Source: Octopus sinensis (lineage: Eukaryota). From it: DNA of 64,000 nucleotides. Under the pieces are notes generated by a model that did not search any database, had not been told where the DNA came from, and saw nothing but the letters and a program-made list of their open reading frames with translations. Location of the stretch: assembly GCF_006345805.1 (NCBI RefSeq), contig NW_021836125.1, forward strand, positions 1 to 64,000. The letters are read 5' to 3'. Positions 46,382 through 59,539 of this stretch are shown one piece after another (position 1 is the first letter of the stretch; the number at the start of each line of letters is the position of its first letter). The position numbers and the translations under genes were made by a program.

Positions 46382-49004
46382 TTATTTGAGAGACGCCATA
46401 TAATTGAGAGCACTTCCCGCCCTAAACCAGAGGATCTGCTCAGCGCTGAAGGAATGATTGAGGGGAAATTCCTCAACTTGGCCGTTCGAATGAGAAAGGA
46501 CGCATTTCAATGCCTAAAATACACAACAAAAAATACCTTCCCAGGCTCCATATCTGTCAATCCAATAATCGATATTATGTCGTCAGATAAAACGCGATTA
46601 TAATCCGCAGGGTCAGCAAAGGTCAGAGGGAGCATTCCGTGTTTTTTCAAATTCGTTTCTGCCTAAATAAAAAACAGCAGAAAACCATGAATTCGAGCAA
46701 AACTTTTGACAATAACAGCAAACCCTCCGAGATGCCGTGGTTCCAAGGCAGCATGTTCTCTACTACTGCCCTCTCCATAATTATCATCCCCAATAACCAC
46801 CCACCGCACTCCATTGGCCTCACAATAATAATCAAATAAATACTTTGTAATTCCTGGCCACATCGGGGACACCAGAATACTTCCCAGTGAGTCGATCAAA
46901 ACTTTATTGGCCTCTCCGTTCGCATCATTCGTAGCACTTTGGTAATAATACAACTGACTAACGTTATGAACATATTGTTGCTGATATTATCCAAATGTCC
47001 CCTGTATTTTAACCAAGGGCCCGCTGCACTGATGTGGTCAGTAGTACACTTCCCCCGGACTTTTATTAAAATAGTCATATCGGTGTAGTCCTTTCCGTCC
47101 CATCGAGCAAAGGCATTTAGCCTCTGCAGACGCTGGCTCGAAGGGTCGATATTGACCTCCAATTGGGATCCATCTTCCGGGGGAGCCACATATCCTTCAG
47201 TTCCTTGGTCAAATAACTCAGGCAATTCAATTCCCCGTGGTTCTGTCAGCTTAAACCTTGTTTTGCCTCAAAACTGATAAAATTCCCGTAAACCATCACT
47301 CGACACTATTTCATCGACAAGTGGATTAAAATCGAGTCTTCCCGCGGCAGCAAATGCTGTGACAATCTCTGGAGATGTGACAAATGTGTGAGTGGCTGGA
47401 TTGGCATCATTCCTCCCCGTGAAATTGCGGTTGTATGAAGTTATTACTGTATTCGGAGTTCCTTTAGGCATGTTTTCTCTCTTCCACTGACCAATGCAAG
47501 GTCCACACGCATTTGCCAACATTGTCCCACCGAATTTCTTGAACACTTGGGCCTTGAATTGTAAAATAATATAAAATACCTGCCCATCCTTTTCGATGGT
47601 GGCCTGGATCTGAGACGATCCTGGAGTGACTGCAAAGTAGACTTTGGACTTATCTCCCCTGTCGATTACTTGCTGAGCCACCGAGGCTGCCTTAGTCATA
47701 TCTTCATAAGAACTGTTAGTACAACTCCCAATCAATGCTAAAATAATCATCATTTACAAAATATATCTGACTAATTCTTCTTACCAGCAGATACTTCCAA
47801 GGGCCATCCTGAATCGACCGCGACAGGCAAGCTAACCCATAAAAGACAAAAAAACCTCATCAAGATTAATTTCAATGACTCGATCATACTCACATCCCTC
47901 ATCAGCCTCAAGAAAATCCCGATTCTCTCTACAATACTCTGCTATCTCTTCTCTTCTCGTAGCACGCAAGTAATTATACATCGAAGTAGTATAAGGAAAC
48001 AATGACGTAGTCGCCCCAATCTCGGCTCCCATATTACATACAGTCCCCATTCCTGTCAGTCTTATCCTCTCCTCTCACCTGTGCACGAAATGGAATGTAC
48101 ACCCTCTCCAAAGTATTCAAAGACATATCCAGTCCCCCCCTTAACTGTAAGCATTCCCAACAAATGTAGGATTATATCTTTGGGAGAAGACCACCCACTT
48201 AGTTTCCCGCTCAATTTTATACCCATTATCTGTGAAAATAATGTTGACTGTCTACTTTAGGACATTTGACTTCCCAAGGCAGTCCTACCATCGCATCGAC
48301 CGCATCTGAGCCACCAACTCCAATAGCAATAGACCCGAGACCGCCTAAAAATATATTTCAAAATCAAACCTCCATTTGGAGTATGAGAATCAGTCCCGAT
48401 TATAAGCGCTCCTGGAAAAGCGTAATTTTCCAGCACAATTTGATGGATAATTCCACTTCCTGGCTTCCAAAATCCAATTCCATATTTTGCCGCAGTGGAA
48501 CTCAGAAAATTGTAAACTTCCTCATTCGTGACAACCGCCTTTTCCAGATCTCTGTCATTATATTCCCTGGCCTCTATCAAATGGTCACAGTGGATTGTGG
48601 ACGGGACTTGGACCTTTGGGAGTCCAGAGGACATAAATTGAAGAATAGCCATCTAAAAGTATTAGCGGGTTTGAAACCTGAGCTGTCACATCTTGCATGG
48701 CTACCCTATCTGGACGGAGTTTTAGAAAGCTTTCTCCACGAATGAGTGACTAAATGACAGAATTCACTGTACTTGTTCACGAGGATCGTCGAGGTGGCCG
48801 TATATAATTTTTTCGGCATAAGTAAGTGGTCGGTTTAGTCTTTTCTTGACAATGTCGATGTTTTGTCGGTATTTGTCGAAGGAGAGGTAGACATTTTTTT
48901 CGTAATATTTAGCGGTATCTATTAATGATAATATAAATTATACTTTTGATGTAAAAAGTCGTTTAGAAATAGAATGGAATATTTGGCTGAATGTAGCAAT
49001 CCAT
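46382..49004 (-). CDS. ACO2: Mitochondrial aconitate hydratase
   Basis: Motifs [85 protein letters not shown] and WFRAGSALN. Start approximate; apparent indels in the first exons. Confidence 0.97.
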
Positions 49005-49269
49005 TATTGAATTACGATCAAAAATTCACACAAACCCAGTCACTGCTGAGAGAAAAAATCACACAAATCACTGAGAGTAAATATGATTAATTTATTATTT
49101 TTATTGATCAAACATATTAAATAAATAATTCTAAACGTATTAAATGTTCCTCAGTCAAAATTAAAAAAATATACGTGGATGGAAATTTATTTTTATAACG
49201 TGAATTATTGGTATCTCAAAATTCGCTTTGTAAGCATTACAGAAATATTATAAGCATTACAGAAAATCT

Positions 49270-50260
49270 GCCATTTGAGCTAAAAATGTACTGGATTCAA
49301 CAGTCAACATAGTGAATTTGATTCGTGGCAGGGCTATAAATCATCGACTTTGTAAAATACTCTGTGAAGAACTAGGAACATATCATTCATTGCTTTTATT
49401 TCATATTGGAATACGTTGGTTATCAAAAGATAAAGTACTGTCACCGGTTGCCGAGCTGTCAAATGCAATTAGTTTATTTTTACGAGATATTGGGTCGACC
49501 GAATTTGCCGATTTGTTTAACAACGATATTTTCATTCTTAAACTATATTATCTGGCTGATATATTTAGTATTTGTTATGAATTAAACTTATCACTACAAG
49601 GTATTTTTTTAATATTTAAGGTAATAATGGTTCAAACATTGAAGCTATGAACAAAATGTCTGCGTTTAAAGAAAAATTATTACTATTAAGAGAAAAATAC
49701 GAAATAAAACGCTCTATAATGTTTCGATGGTAGAAAATAAGATTGGTGACAATAAACTGAAAAATGGTTTCTTTTTTGATTATTGATCATCTCGAAAATC
49801 TTGAAAATAAAATTTGAGATTATTTCCCAGTTACTGAATGAATTGCGACTTAATAATACACCTTTTATTCCAGAAATCAATAAATTAATTTATGACGGTT
49901 AAGAAATTGATTTCCGAGAACATTTGATTGAATTACGAAATTCGCAGTTTCGCAAGTTGACATTTAATTCGCATTCGATAATGGAATTCTGGATTTTGTT
50001 ATTAATGAATATCCAATCTTAAGTAAAAATGCACTGGAAATGATAATTCACTTTCCAACCACTTATTTATGTGAAATGGCAATGTTTGTCGGAAACATTA
50101 AAATTGAACAGCTAGTTAGTTTCTGAAAAGCAGGATTAAGAATCATATTAACTCTAAATACTATGATTTTTTAAATTTTGGTAGCTTTTTATTAAATTGG
50201 TCCCCAGAAAAATTCAACAGATTAACGTGGTCCCCGGTCAAAAAAGATTAAGAAACACTG
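49270..50260 (+). mobile_element. Buster-type hAT 3' remnant
   Basis: LLFHIGIRWLSKDKVL, YYLADIFS and HFPTTYLCE. Right terminus AAGATTAAGAAACACTG followed by ATCTAGGA. Confidence 0.8.
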
Positions 50261-50828
50261 ATCTAGGATTCCAAATAGTTAAAGGCAGAATGACCAGGAG
50301 ATGAATATTATTATCAAAAACGCAATTCATTGGTCATAACAAAGCATTTACAGGTTTGGAATTAATTTATTCTGTTTTGAAACCAACATAGAACGTTTTG
50401 TATGATTCAGATAAAAACGACAAGCTTAAAACACATGAAGTGATTGACAAGGACGTAAACTAGCCCTAGCTTAGAGATTGAGAAATGATTGAAAAGGGTG
50501 TTCGTGTTCAGGTGGGAAGATGGTGTGTCAAATCAAAAAGTGACTTAAAAAACAAAAGAACACAAAGAAATTCAACTGGAAATTTATTACTAAATAATAA
50601 TTCGAATGAAAGAAAGCCTTTTTAAGTTCAATTTGTTGGGACTTTTCTTTGATAAATTATCTGTTCAGAGATCTGATAGGTCAAAATACTGTCAAAATAC
50701 TGCGACACAATTTTTGTTTAACTTATGTTAAAGGGTTTTGATATTTTCAAAAAACATTATGAATATTTAAAAACTGTAAATTTTTGTTGTTTCAAAACTA
50801 AATAGGAGAATGAAGCCAGACACATCTA

Positions 50829-51115
50829 CAGTGGGCGAAAAAAAAATCCGGTTTTCTTATTTTTTCGAATTTTTCAATATAAATTTTATATTATTTTTTT
50901 TAATTAGATCATTTGAAATGTAATCGAGTATATTTTTAATTTTAAGTATTTTTTTATTTTTCATAGAGATATCTTGAATTAATTTTAAAATGCGCAAAAA
51001 AAAACTCGGTTTTTTTAATTATTGAGTCTTTTATTCTCAAAAATTTGAAATTGTTGTCATTTTGTTGTTGTTGGATGTCGTGTATTTCAGAAATTGTGTT
51101 TTTTTGCGCCCACTG
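50829..51115. mobile_element. Tc1/mariner-type MITE, 287 bp
   Basis: TIRs CAGTGGGCG(A/C)AAAAAAA, with TA flanking both ends. Confidence 0.85.
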
Positions 51116-51392
51116 TATCTCTAATTTTGTAGTAAAAGCATTTTAATTTAAAAAATAAGGAAAATAAACTATTATTGATGTATTATTTACAGTTAAGTAT
51201 TACTTCCTAATTTTATTTGTAATAAATATAATAGAGAAATAAATAACACAAGAATATGATCAATAAATACGTGCAATTGTAATAAAAATTCAATGGTATC
51301 TATATTAATTTGAGACAAATTTAATTAACGGCAAACATCCACGTTAAAAGTTTAATATAAATATTAATTTCGGATCGTCTAATAATTCCGAA

Positions 51393-52997
51393 ATGAAAGA
51401 AAGCATAGTCAATGTTGCGACAGTGAATCTTCTGAAAGTACAAGTAAAAACTGAATATAAACTATGTTTTAGTTTTAAAAATTATCATTAAGAAAGGGAA
51501 AAAGAGATCTCACAAAAAACAAAAAAACAAGCTAAAATTGCTAAGCATGTGGAGTCATCATTTTTAGCAAAAACTGATGAAAACACGATTGTTCAACAAG
51601 AATCAACTGCACCAATTGAAACACAGACATGCGAATCCACAATGTGTGCAGAATCCAAACCACCAATAGTAGTACCGACAGATGAATCAGGCACGATTCA
51701 ATATTATTTAAATTCAGAAATTGACAGCAGTGAAAGCATATTTTATAATGGAGACAAATATAAAAATCTCAAAAAAGCAAATAAAAAAACTCAAAAATAA
51801 GAAGTAGTAACCAATAGAACGGCCAGCGAAAACAGTACTTCTGGTAACATTGTATAATTTAGTGTTATAGCTGATGAAGAAAATCAGAAGTTAGCGAGAA
51901 AGAAGTATTATCAGAAGGAATTAACGGTCTTTTGGCAATTTGTATATTTTTAGAATCTCCTGTACCAATTTGATTGGAAATTTAAATCCTGAACTCTCTG
52001 AAACTCAATTGGTTATTATTCCGCAAAAAAGAGTTTCGCTTTCGATGGTGGAGATGAAAATTGGTATTTTTATAATTTCGAAAACTTTCTACAGTTCTGC
52101 TACAGCTGTTGTAGAACCAGGACAACTACCAAAAGCAATGGATTTGATAGGGAAAACGTATCAAAAATAAAAAGATAGCAATCGTTGTGAATGAGGATCT
52201 GACTGAATCTGAACAGCCAAAATATGTCTCACTTTTTGTAAAATACATGTCCCCCGACACAAACTCGAGAATCGTTAAAGAATGCATGCATATAAAGGAT
52301 GTGTGTCAGCTACGGGTGATTTACGACCCACAAACTGGAATATCTAAGGGGTGAGCACCTGTGCTGTCTTATTAGTTTAGATTTGGCTTTGTTAATTTTA
52401 CGACTCGTGCAGAAGCGAATAGTGCCATACAAACCGTTAAGAAGATTGATGGGAGAGTTATTTCAAGTGCACTAGCAAGTTTGTAATAATTTTTACGAAA
52501 ATTAGGAACATCAAAGCCTATAACGGAGCCTCAGAATAATTCAGAAGGGACAATTCAGACTACAAATAAAACGCAATCTTGGGACGTAGAGCTATGAATA
52601 ACCTTAAATATAATTTTAGTTAATTAATGTTCTTTGGTGTTTAAATTTACTGCTTTCTAATTTAGTTTTACAAAAATATCGAAATTTCCATTGTTTGAAT
52701 AATTGAAATGTAACTTTGTCTGTTTCTGGAACCAATTTGTCTGTCTGGTTTGGGAAGTCAGATTTTTTTTGCCCTTTTGAAAAATAAGCGAATCTAACTT
52801 TAATTTTGTTAGAAACTAATTTCGAAAGCTTTCTAAAACTACGTCCAGATCGAATAGTCATACACAATACCACTTTGTTAGCCAAGACTAATGCTCCTAC
52901 TTCCAAAATTGTCTTCACCTTCAATGGGTTTTTTGTGGCTGTTTCAGTCAACCCACCACATTCGACTCTCTTCCAGTTGTATACTGACTTTCATTAA
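51393..52997 (+). CDS. RRM-containing RNA-binding protein; boundaries uncertain
   Basis: RNP2/RNP1-like SLFVKY...VIYDPQTGISKG|FRFGFVNFTTRAEANSAI at about 52225-52480. Confidence 0.55.
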
Positions 52998-53678
52998 TAT
53001 ACAACTCCAAATACAATAATTTCATATAACCGCAATTTCGCTGGGAGGAATGATGCCAATCCTTTTCATTTACAATTTTTTCAATCTCGCCCAGATTTTT
53101 ACAATACCAGAGAAAGACTCGAGTCGATGAAATAGTCTCGAGTGAAAATTACACGCAATTTGAAAATATTTCAAAAATGAATAATAATTTGTGAATTTTT
53201 TTGTACATCGTATTTATTAGTAACAGAGATAAGATGGAATCTTTCAGTCGGTCATAATGATGTAATAGGGTTAATTAAAATCTGATTTTGTTATTTTTAG
53301 AAATTGATTATTGTATAATTTAGTATAAATTTGAGTAAACAGTCCTTTTATAAAATGATTAGAGTATTAAAATATTATTTTATATATTTTTAACAATTTC
53401 CGATTACATCTCACCACCAAATCCCCCTGAAGAGTTAACACAATGGAAGAAGTCATAAATTCCTTAAAGAATATTACGACTACTTTGTCGTTATGATGCA
53501 ACCAAGGTTAAAACTTATAAAATTTAGCTTCAGATTTTAAACTCACAGGTCAACAATTAATTCTTATCACTAACATAATTACTCATCTGATTTGCTAAAA
53601 TAATTACAAAAGTGGCTTAATTATTCTCAGCTTACTCAAAAAAAATTAGAAATCATATTAAAGACATACGAAGAAATG

Positions 53679-55280
53679 TTATTTTAAACTATTAGTATAA
53701 GGATTTAATGCAGGAGTCAATTCATTCGTAATAAACTCGTCGATCTGTTGTGGTATACATCCGATATATTGCAAGGGATCTTTATAATCATCAACAAAAG
53801 GAAATGCTGAGCAATATTCGATATTACATCACTCCTTTCATTGAACACGCCCTAAGAATTGCATGACAGTCCTAAATATATTAAAAATTAAAAAAAAAAA
53901 CTTGTCTGTTCCCTCCCCTTCTGACAGCCTCCAAGAACTTTTTCAGTGACCATAAAAGGAAGATGTTTGAGAGATTAGAGGCTACCATCTACGAAATATC
54001 CTATATAAAACTTTTGGTCGACTTGAATACCACTGAACTCTTAGTAGTAGGTCAAGTACTCCATCGGCCAGTAGGAATGCCTCAGTCATCGTGATTCGTC
54101 TAATCATATAAGCAATAAATATGCCGATTTGCACTATCGTCAAGAGACCTCTCCAACCATTGAGTGGAGAGAGTCATCAGTGGATTGAGAGCCAGACTAA
54201 TAAGGAGACGGGAAAGTGAACAACATCGTTCGCTCAAAATAGGATTACGTTTGTAGGGCATAGCACTGGAACCTATTTGTCAGTCACAAATATATACCAA
54301 TCTGTTCATCTCCAAATGGCTCAATAATTCTCTGTCGTGTGCCAGTAGTCGAATATCTGTACAAATCTTGTGGATGGATGCACCAAGACTTGCAAGGCCA
54401 TTTAATATCATCACATCTTGCTTACGACTATAGGTCTGACCAGTCACGACATATGCACTATTACTTACATAAAAATACAACCCGACAAAGTCAAAATACA
54501 CTGACTAGTTTTCTTCCAATGATTGACCTTAATTATAACGTAATTAAGAACTTTAAAAGTATCATCAAGTATTGACAAATAGCTGTCTTGAGACCCAGTT
54601 GCCCCCTTTAGTCCTTTAAGTCTTAGATTTGATCGAATGTCTGTCAGAGATTTCAAATCAGCCAGTAAATCAGCAGTCACATGGCCGCTCGTTTCCATAC
54701 GTTGTCGCCTGTGCTGGTCTAGACATTAAGTAATCAAAAACTGATAATGAGTGTAGGCCAAAGCAACATTGTTTCGATGTTTTTGAATAAATATTCTTAA
54801 TGTGTCACAACAACGAGCAATCTATATTTCTAAACTGCCAAAAATACTTTGACAAGTATCATGTCTAGTGCCTGTCTATAATAATGATATCCTGCAATGT
54901 TAAGATTTGCTATGGACTACTGCATTGTCGGTTATATCACTCGACGTTGCTCCCAAGTGAATTATCGGACGGGCAGATGGGCAGCATTGTCCATATGTCT
55001 TGACATGTGCCATCACATCATGTGAGATTTCAGCCTCTATTCGACTAGCCAATTCAAATCAATGTTTCTGGTTTTTTGACAATTCTTCAACCTGTTCCTG
55101 ACTGATTGGACATCCTAATTCCTATTGACTTATTTATTAATACTATCTCACCATTCCGCCTTGGCAAGTTCGGTCCAATGATTCTCCATGTCCTTACCTG
55201 TTTTGTTCACTAAGGAGGCTCAGCATCTCCTTTGTGGCATATCGGGTCTCTATTGGACTGTGGTATATTTCCCTGTCCAT
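53679..55280 (-). CDS. ADSL: Adenylosuccinate lyase (many apparent 1-nt homopolymer contractions)
   Basis: Motifs [57 protein letters not shown] and LPFMVTE. Confidence 0.95.
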
Positions 55281-55469
55281 GCACAATCTCGATTAGTAAT
55301 ATTTTCTAAATCGTGACAAATTATATAATTCTATTAATATAATCGATATAATTGTTGTTTAAAATAAAGTACATTTTTCTTTAAAACGCCATATTTGATT
55401 GATTAAATTAGGACCCCAAAAAATAATCTCTAACGTGTAGTATAAATAATTTAAAACAAAAGCCAGGAG

Positions 55470-55795
55470 GATCCCCAAACAAGTGCGGTAAAGCGATCGT
55501 CTGGGACGCGACATGCTCTGACACATTTTTGTCATCATTTTTGTCATCAGCGGCCACGAAAGCGAAGGTACGAAAACCGAAAAATACGGATCCTTCTAGA
55601 ACAGATTCATTTTCGAACCAGTGTCAGTCGAAACCTCAGACAGGCTAGGACCATCAACTCTTCGTTTCCTCACTGAGAGAAGACGCCACCTCGGAAGAAT
55701 TAGAAACGACTTTCATAAGCACAATCGGCTTTTTGAGCGTGTCTCAATAGCTGTTCTTAGGAGGAACATTTCTGAATTCTCTCTGTGGGTAGTCT
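55470..55795 (+). mobile_element. CRE 3' fragment
   Basis: Encodes GKAIVWDATCSDTF, VSVETSDRLGP and LFERVSIAVLRRN. Confidence 0.8.
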
Positions 55796-55857
55796 CTTTG
55801 TTTCTTTGTTTAATTATTATTATTCAAAGCACAGATAATGAAATTAACTAAGGTCCC

Positions 55858-56520
55858 GTTTGTGCTACACGTTTCACCAAGCTTCTCCATCGGTGTCTGT
55901 TTTTGTGTTCCCCTCTTCTAGATCTTCCGCACATTTGAGTTTTTTTCTAATTTTATTGAGATCCTTGTTTATTGAGATTCCAAGTCTCCTTGTTTTCATT
56001 GTCAAAGAAATTGTCTATTGTAATGTTTGCGGGAGTGTTTATGTCAATTCTATGTACCTGCCCAAATAGCCTCCATCTTGATTCGGTAATTCCGTGTTAA
56101 TTGGAACCGAGTGTGTCATAGAGAACAATTTTTTGTCAGTATCTTCTTTAGCCAATCTATGGCGAATAAATTGCATAAAAGCTTTCGATAAAATGTGTCA
56201 ATTTTCTTGAGTTCTAATTCTGTGACTTCATAGTACCCAAGTTGCGAGTAATCGATTCTATTCCAAAAACAGAAACAGTGACAGAAATTGTGACGTACGA
56301 TACAATGAGACGGGTGGTCTAAACAGTCGAACTCTTCCGAGTTGTCACAAGTACCGGCTTTATATAGGAGTTATATAATCTTATTCGTAGCTTTGTTTTG
56401 ATTTGCTTTGATCGACTCCATATTTTTTGCATTTTCTTATTCATTGCACCGATTAAGACTCTTCTATAATCATGTCCCCACTATTACAAAGCAGGGATCT
56501 CAATTTCTTTTTTCACTCCA
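55858..56520 (-). mobile_element. RTE-like LINE 3' remnant
   Basis: Encodes KLRIRLYNSYIKPVL and SRWRLFGQVHRI. Confidence 0.7.
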
Positions 56521-56887
56521 GTTTTTATAAATATGTTTTAATTCTCTTGTGATTCTTGTGTGTTCGGTCTTTTCTTCATTAACATGCAGGGACCAATTCT
56601 TTGTCTAATATCTTTTTTATATAAAAAACTAATAAAATGCAGCATACTAAAATTATTCTTCATTGCATACATATTAGAAAAGTCGAAGAATGTCACAAAT
56701 TTCTGAAAAATGTTTGAATCTATTTTTAATGGAAAAATCGTGGAAATTCTGGTCATATTTCTAAAATAATGAGAGTGAAGAGACTGTAAAATTCTTTAAA
56801 ATTTTACTTAATTCATCTAGGATAATTCAGAAGTATAGACAACAACAATCTTTTACTTATTTTTCCAACAAAAACATATTTATTAAG

Positions 56888-57617
56888 TTATTTTATTCCA
56901 ATTCGTTTCTGTTGAAGTTGGACCAAATATTGCTGATATTCAATCTCTTGTCCTTGAAGGAAATCCTTATATTCTGTAGGATCGATGTGGTCCACCCACT
57001 TATACCAACACTCAGAGCTTCCTTAACGACGGTTCTGCATATTGACTGGAGGGGAATGGCCTCTCAGGAATGGATCCTTAGCCTGTACGAGTGCAATTTC
57101 ATACACGTGCTTTAATGTTATTTTTCCAGATAAAAAATTTTCTAATTTAAATTTAGTAATAAAATAATTATTAAATATAATAATTTTTCCAGATAAAAAT
57201 TTCTAATTAAATTGAGTAATAAAAATAATTATTAAAGATATGCTCACGTGGTGCATCCGAATTAGGGTCCACTCCTGCCGCAAGTCTGACCAAAAGACTA
57301 TGGGAGGAGGATGAATAATAGTATTACAAGACCGATCAGCCTTCGAATAAAGCTTGACATTACATTATAGAGTTGTGGTAGGAGTTGGGTAGCCGGCTTT
57401 GAGAGATTCTGTTTTTCATTAAAATCCTTGCAAAACGCAGCAATTTGAAGGTTTCTCTATAAATAGTTGTAAAACGACAAACAATCAAGGGCTGGGCCAA
57501 GAGGGGGTACTGGAGCGGCAGCGCCTGCAGGAATGTTGATAGTAAAAGGCTTGGTTTTATCGAATTTTAAATCTTTAAGTTGCTTCATTATTGTAAGCTT
57601 TTTAGTTGTTTTGACAT
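56888..57617 (-). CDS. MRPL11: Mitochondrial ribosomal protein uL11m
   Basis: IPAGAAAPVPPLGPAL, AAFCKDFNEK, LAAGV and ITLKHVYEIA. Several apparent indels. Confidence 0.85.
57122..57238. repeat. About 62-bp imperfect tandem duplication inside MRPL11
   Basis: TTCCAGATAAAAA...GTAATAAAA(A)TAATTATTAAA occurs twice. Confidence 0.8.
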
Positions 57618-57989
57618 TTTCAACCACAAGTGAACTAGATAGCAATTTAAAATATGTATTTAAAATTACAATATCTATTTAAAAATACTAATTTAAATTA
57701 ATTAAATTAATTGAAATTAAATCAATGAAAATTGTCTTACCTTCCTTCCGGTCTTAGCGTGGCGTTATGGGGTCCACCATGTCAGTTGGAACTTCCAATC
57801 GGATATGGAAAACGCTCAGGAGGCACTTAATGCCTACCGAAAAGACTTCTAGATCTCTGGCCCGGACATTGTCGTCTCTGTCCGATCATTGTGAGCAGGA
57901 TTGAACCTTTCAGAAGGATCTCCTCGCTTGATTCGGGGGATCACGGGGGATTATAATTAACTGGCTTACCTGGTCCTTTGGTCAATAAA

Positions 57990-59141
57990 AAGTGTTTAAA
58001 TAGTTTAAAAGAATCTAGCTATTATGTACTGGCTCGCAGGATTGAAAGACAATTCCCGCGTAAAAACAGCCAGCGAGATTCTCAGAATAAGGAATATAAA
58101 TTCCCTGGGATCTCTGAAGCGTTAGCGGCCGACGAACCGTGGAATTCAAAGCTCCCTTGGCAAAAAAGTGGGCACAGGTGACGTCCCCAACGAGCTGCTT
58201 CCCGGATTCAAACCGAAAAGTGTACAGCCGTCTGGACGTTTTGCATCTTTGAAAACAAAGCCCTTCGGTTCCAGAATTGAAGGGAAACCAGCTCTTTCCA
58301 GAGCTTTGTGAATTAGATTGTTAATTTCAGTGTGCCGAGGAAATCGGCCGGCGCTCATTAGACAAGAGAGGATGTAGCCCAAAGGCATAAACTTTATCCC
58401 CACAACGACAGGGATGAGGTCTGCAGACAGGGAGTCCAAGGCGATTACAGATACCCAAACGGAGTGGATCCCTATCGAGGACAGTATCCAAAAGCGGAGT
58501 ACATTCAGCCAGGAGCCTGAGTATGGCTGACAGGCGGAAAGGAAACAAGCCAGTCTGTGTTGGTCGAAGAGTGGTTCCAGATCAGTTGAAGATCGACGGC
58601 AAAGAATTTTGTCCCAATCTCGCTGAGAAAAGACATCGGAAGGGATTTTAGAAAAATTGCCTTTCCAAAAAGCGAGGGCCGAATTAATATCAGAGTCCAA
58701 CGATGATTCAGTAGTTTTTTCCAGAATCTTTTGGACAAGGAAATATGATCCAGACGCCGAAGAAAGAAAGGCAGGAAGGGCCAAATCATACTGGAAGGAG
58801 GATTCGTGTAGCTGAGACGGCGAGAATCGGTGACCCCAGAATTTCCAGATCAGACAGGGGTGTCTGTCTCAACTCAGGAAGGAGTCCGCAAAAAAGAGAG
58901 AAGGAGTTCTTAAAAGGGATGGATGGTCAACAGAGAGATTGACAATCTCGGACTTGCTGGAATTAATAACCAGACCAATGGGGATAAAGCCGGATTAGAC
59001 TGGCTATGTCCTTTAGCAAAAATCAGGCGGACCGCTCAGGGTGCATCGTCGAGATACCAAAGATTAAGGGGTGATTCATTAACACGGGCAATGGCATCCA
59101 CGGCTAGAGCGAACAGTAATGGTCCCAAAGGATCACACTGT
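57990..59141 (-). mobile_element. 5'-truncated CRE copy (RT C-terminal half to RLE) with deletions
   Basis: Encodes QQCDPLGPLLFALAVD, WYLDD, CQPYSGSWLN, AGRFPRHTEIN, KRPDG and RISLAVLRGN. Confidence 0.9.
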
Positions 59142-59539
59142 TAAAAATAATAATTTAAATTAATTAAGTTAATTGTTTGCCAAATCTTAGTTATTTTAAA
59201 AATGAAACGATTATGGTTTCTAGAGTTTTTTATGGTTTGAACTTTTCCAATTTTTATCAAAAATAAATTTTTATCATATTTAATATTTTCTTTACTATTA
59301 ATTATATATTACATTTAATAATTTTCTAATAAACTATATACACGATAGTATTTTTGTGGTACGTCAATATAAATATCTTAAATATATCTATTTAATGCCA
59401 TTGATTCATTATTAGGCCCCAAATGTCTAATAGCTACTACTGGCATAACATTAAAAGACTTAATTTAAAATAAAGTCCACATACTAACTATATTTATTAT
59501 ATAATTAAATATATTTAAACACCCTATAAATAATAGAAA

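Noticed and set aside
53679-55280. ADSL as a true pseudogene
   Set aside because: The lesions are almost all 1-nt homopolymer contractions while catalytic motifs are conserved; an error profile is more parsimonious.
57720-57975. Possible spliced-leader RNA or U1-like gene next to a CRE copy (strong GGTAAG donors on the minus strand, CTTACCTGG on the plus strand)
   Set aside because: No U1 body or convincing Sm site. The plus strand translates to a LINE-like remnant (TFLPVLAW...ALNAYRK).
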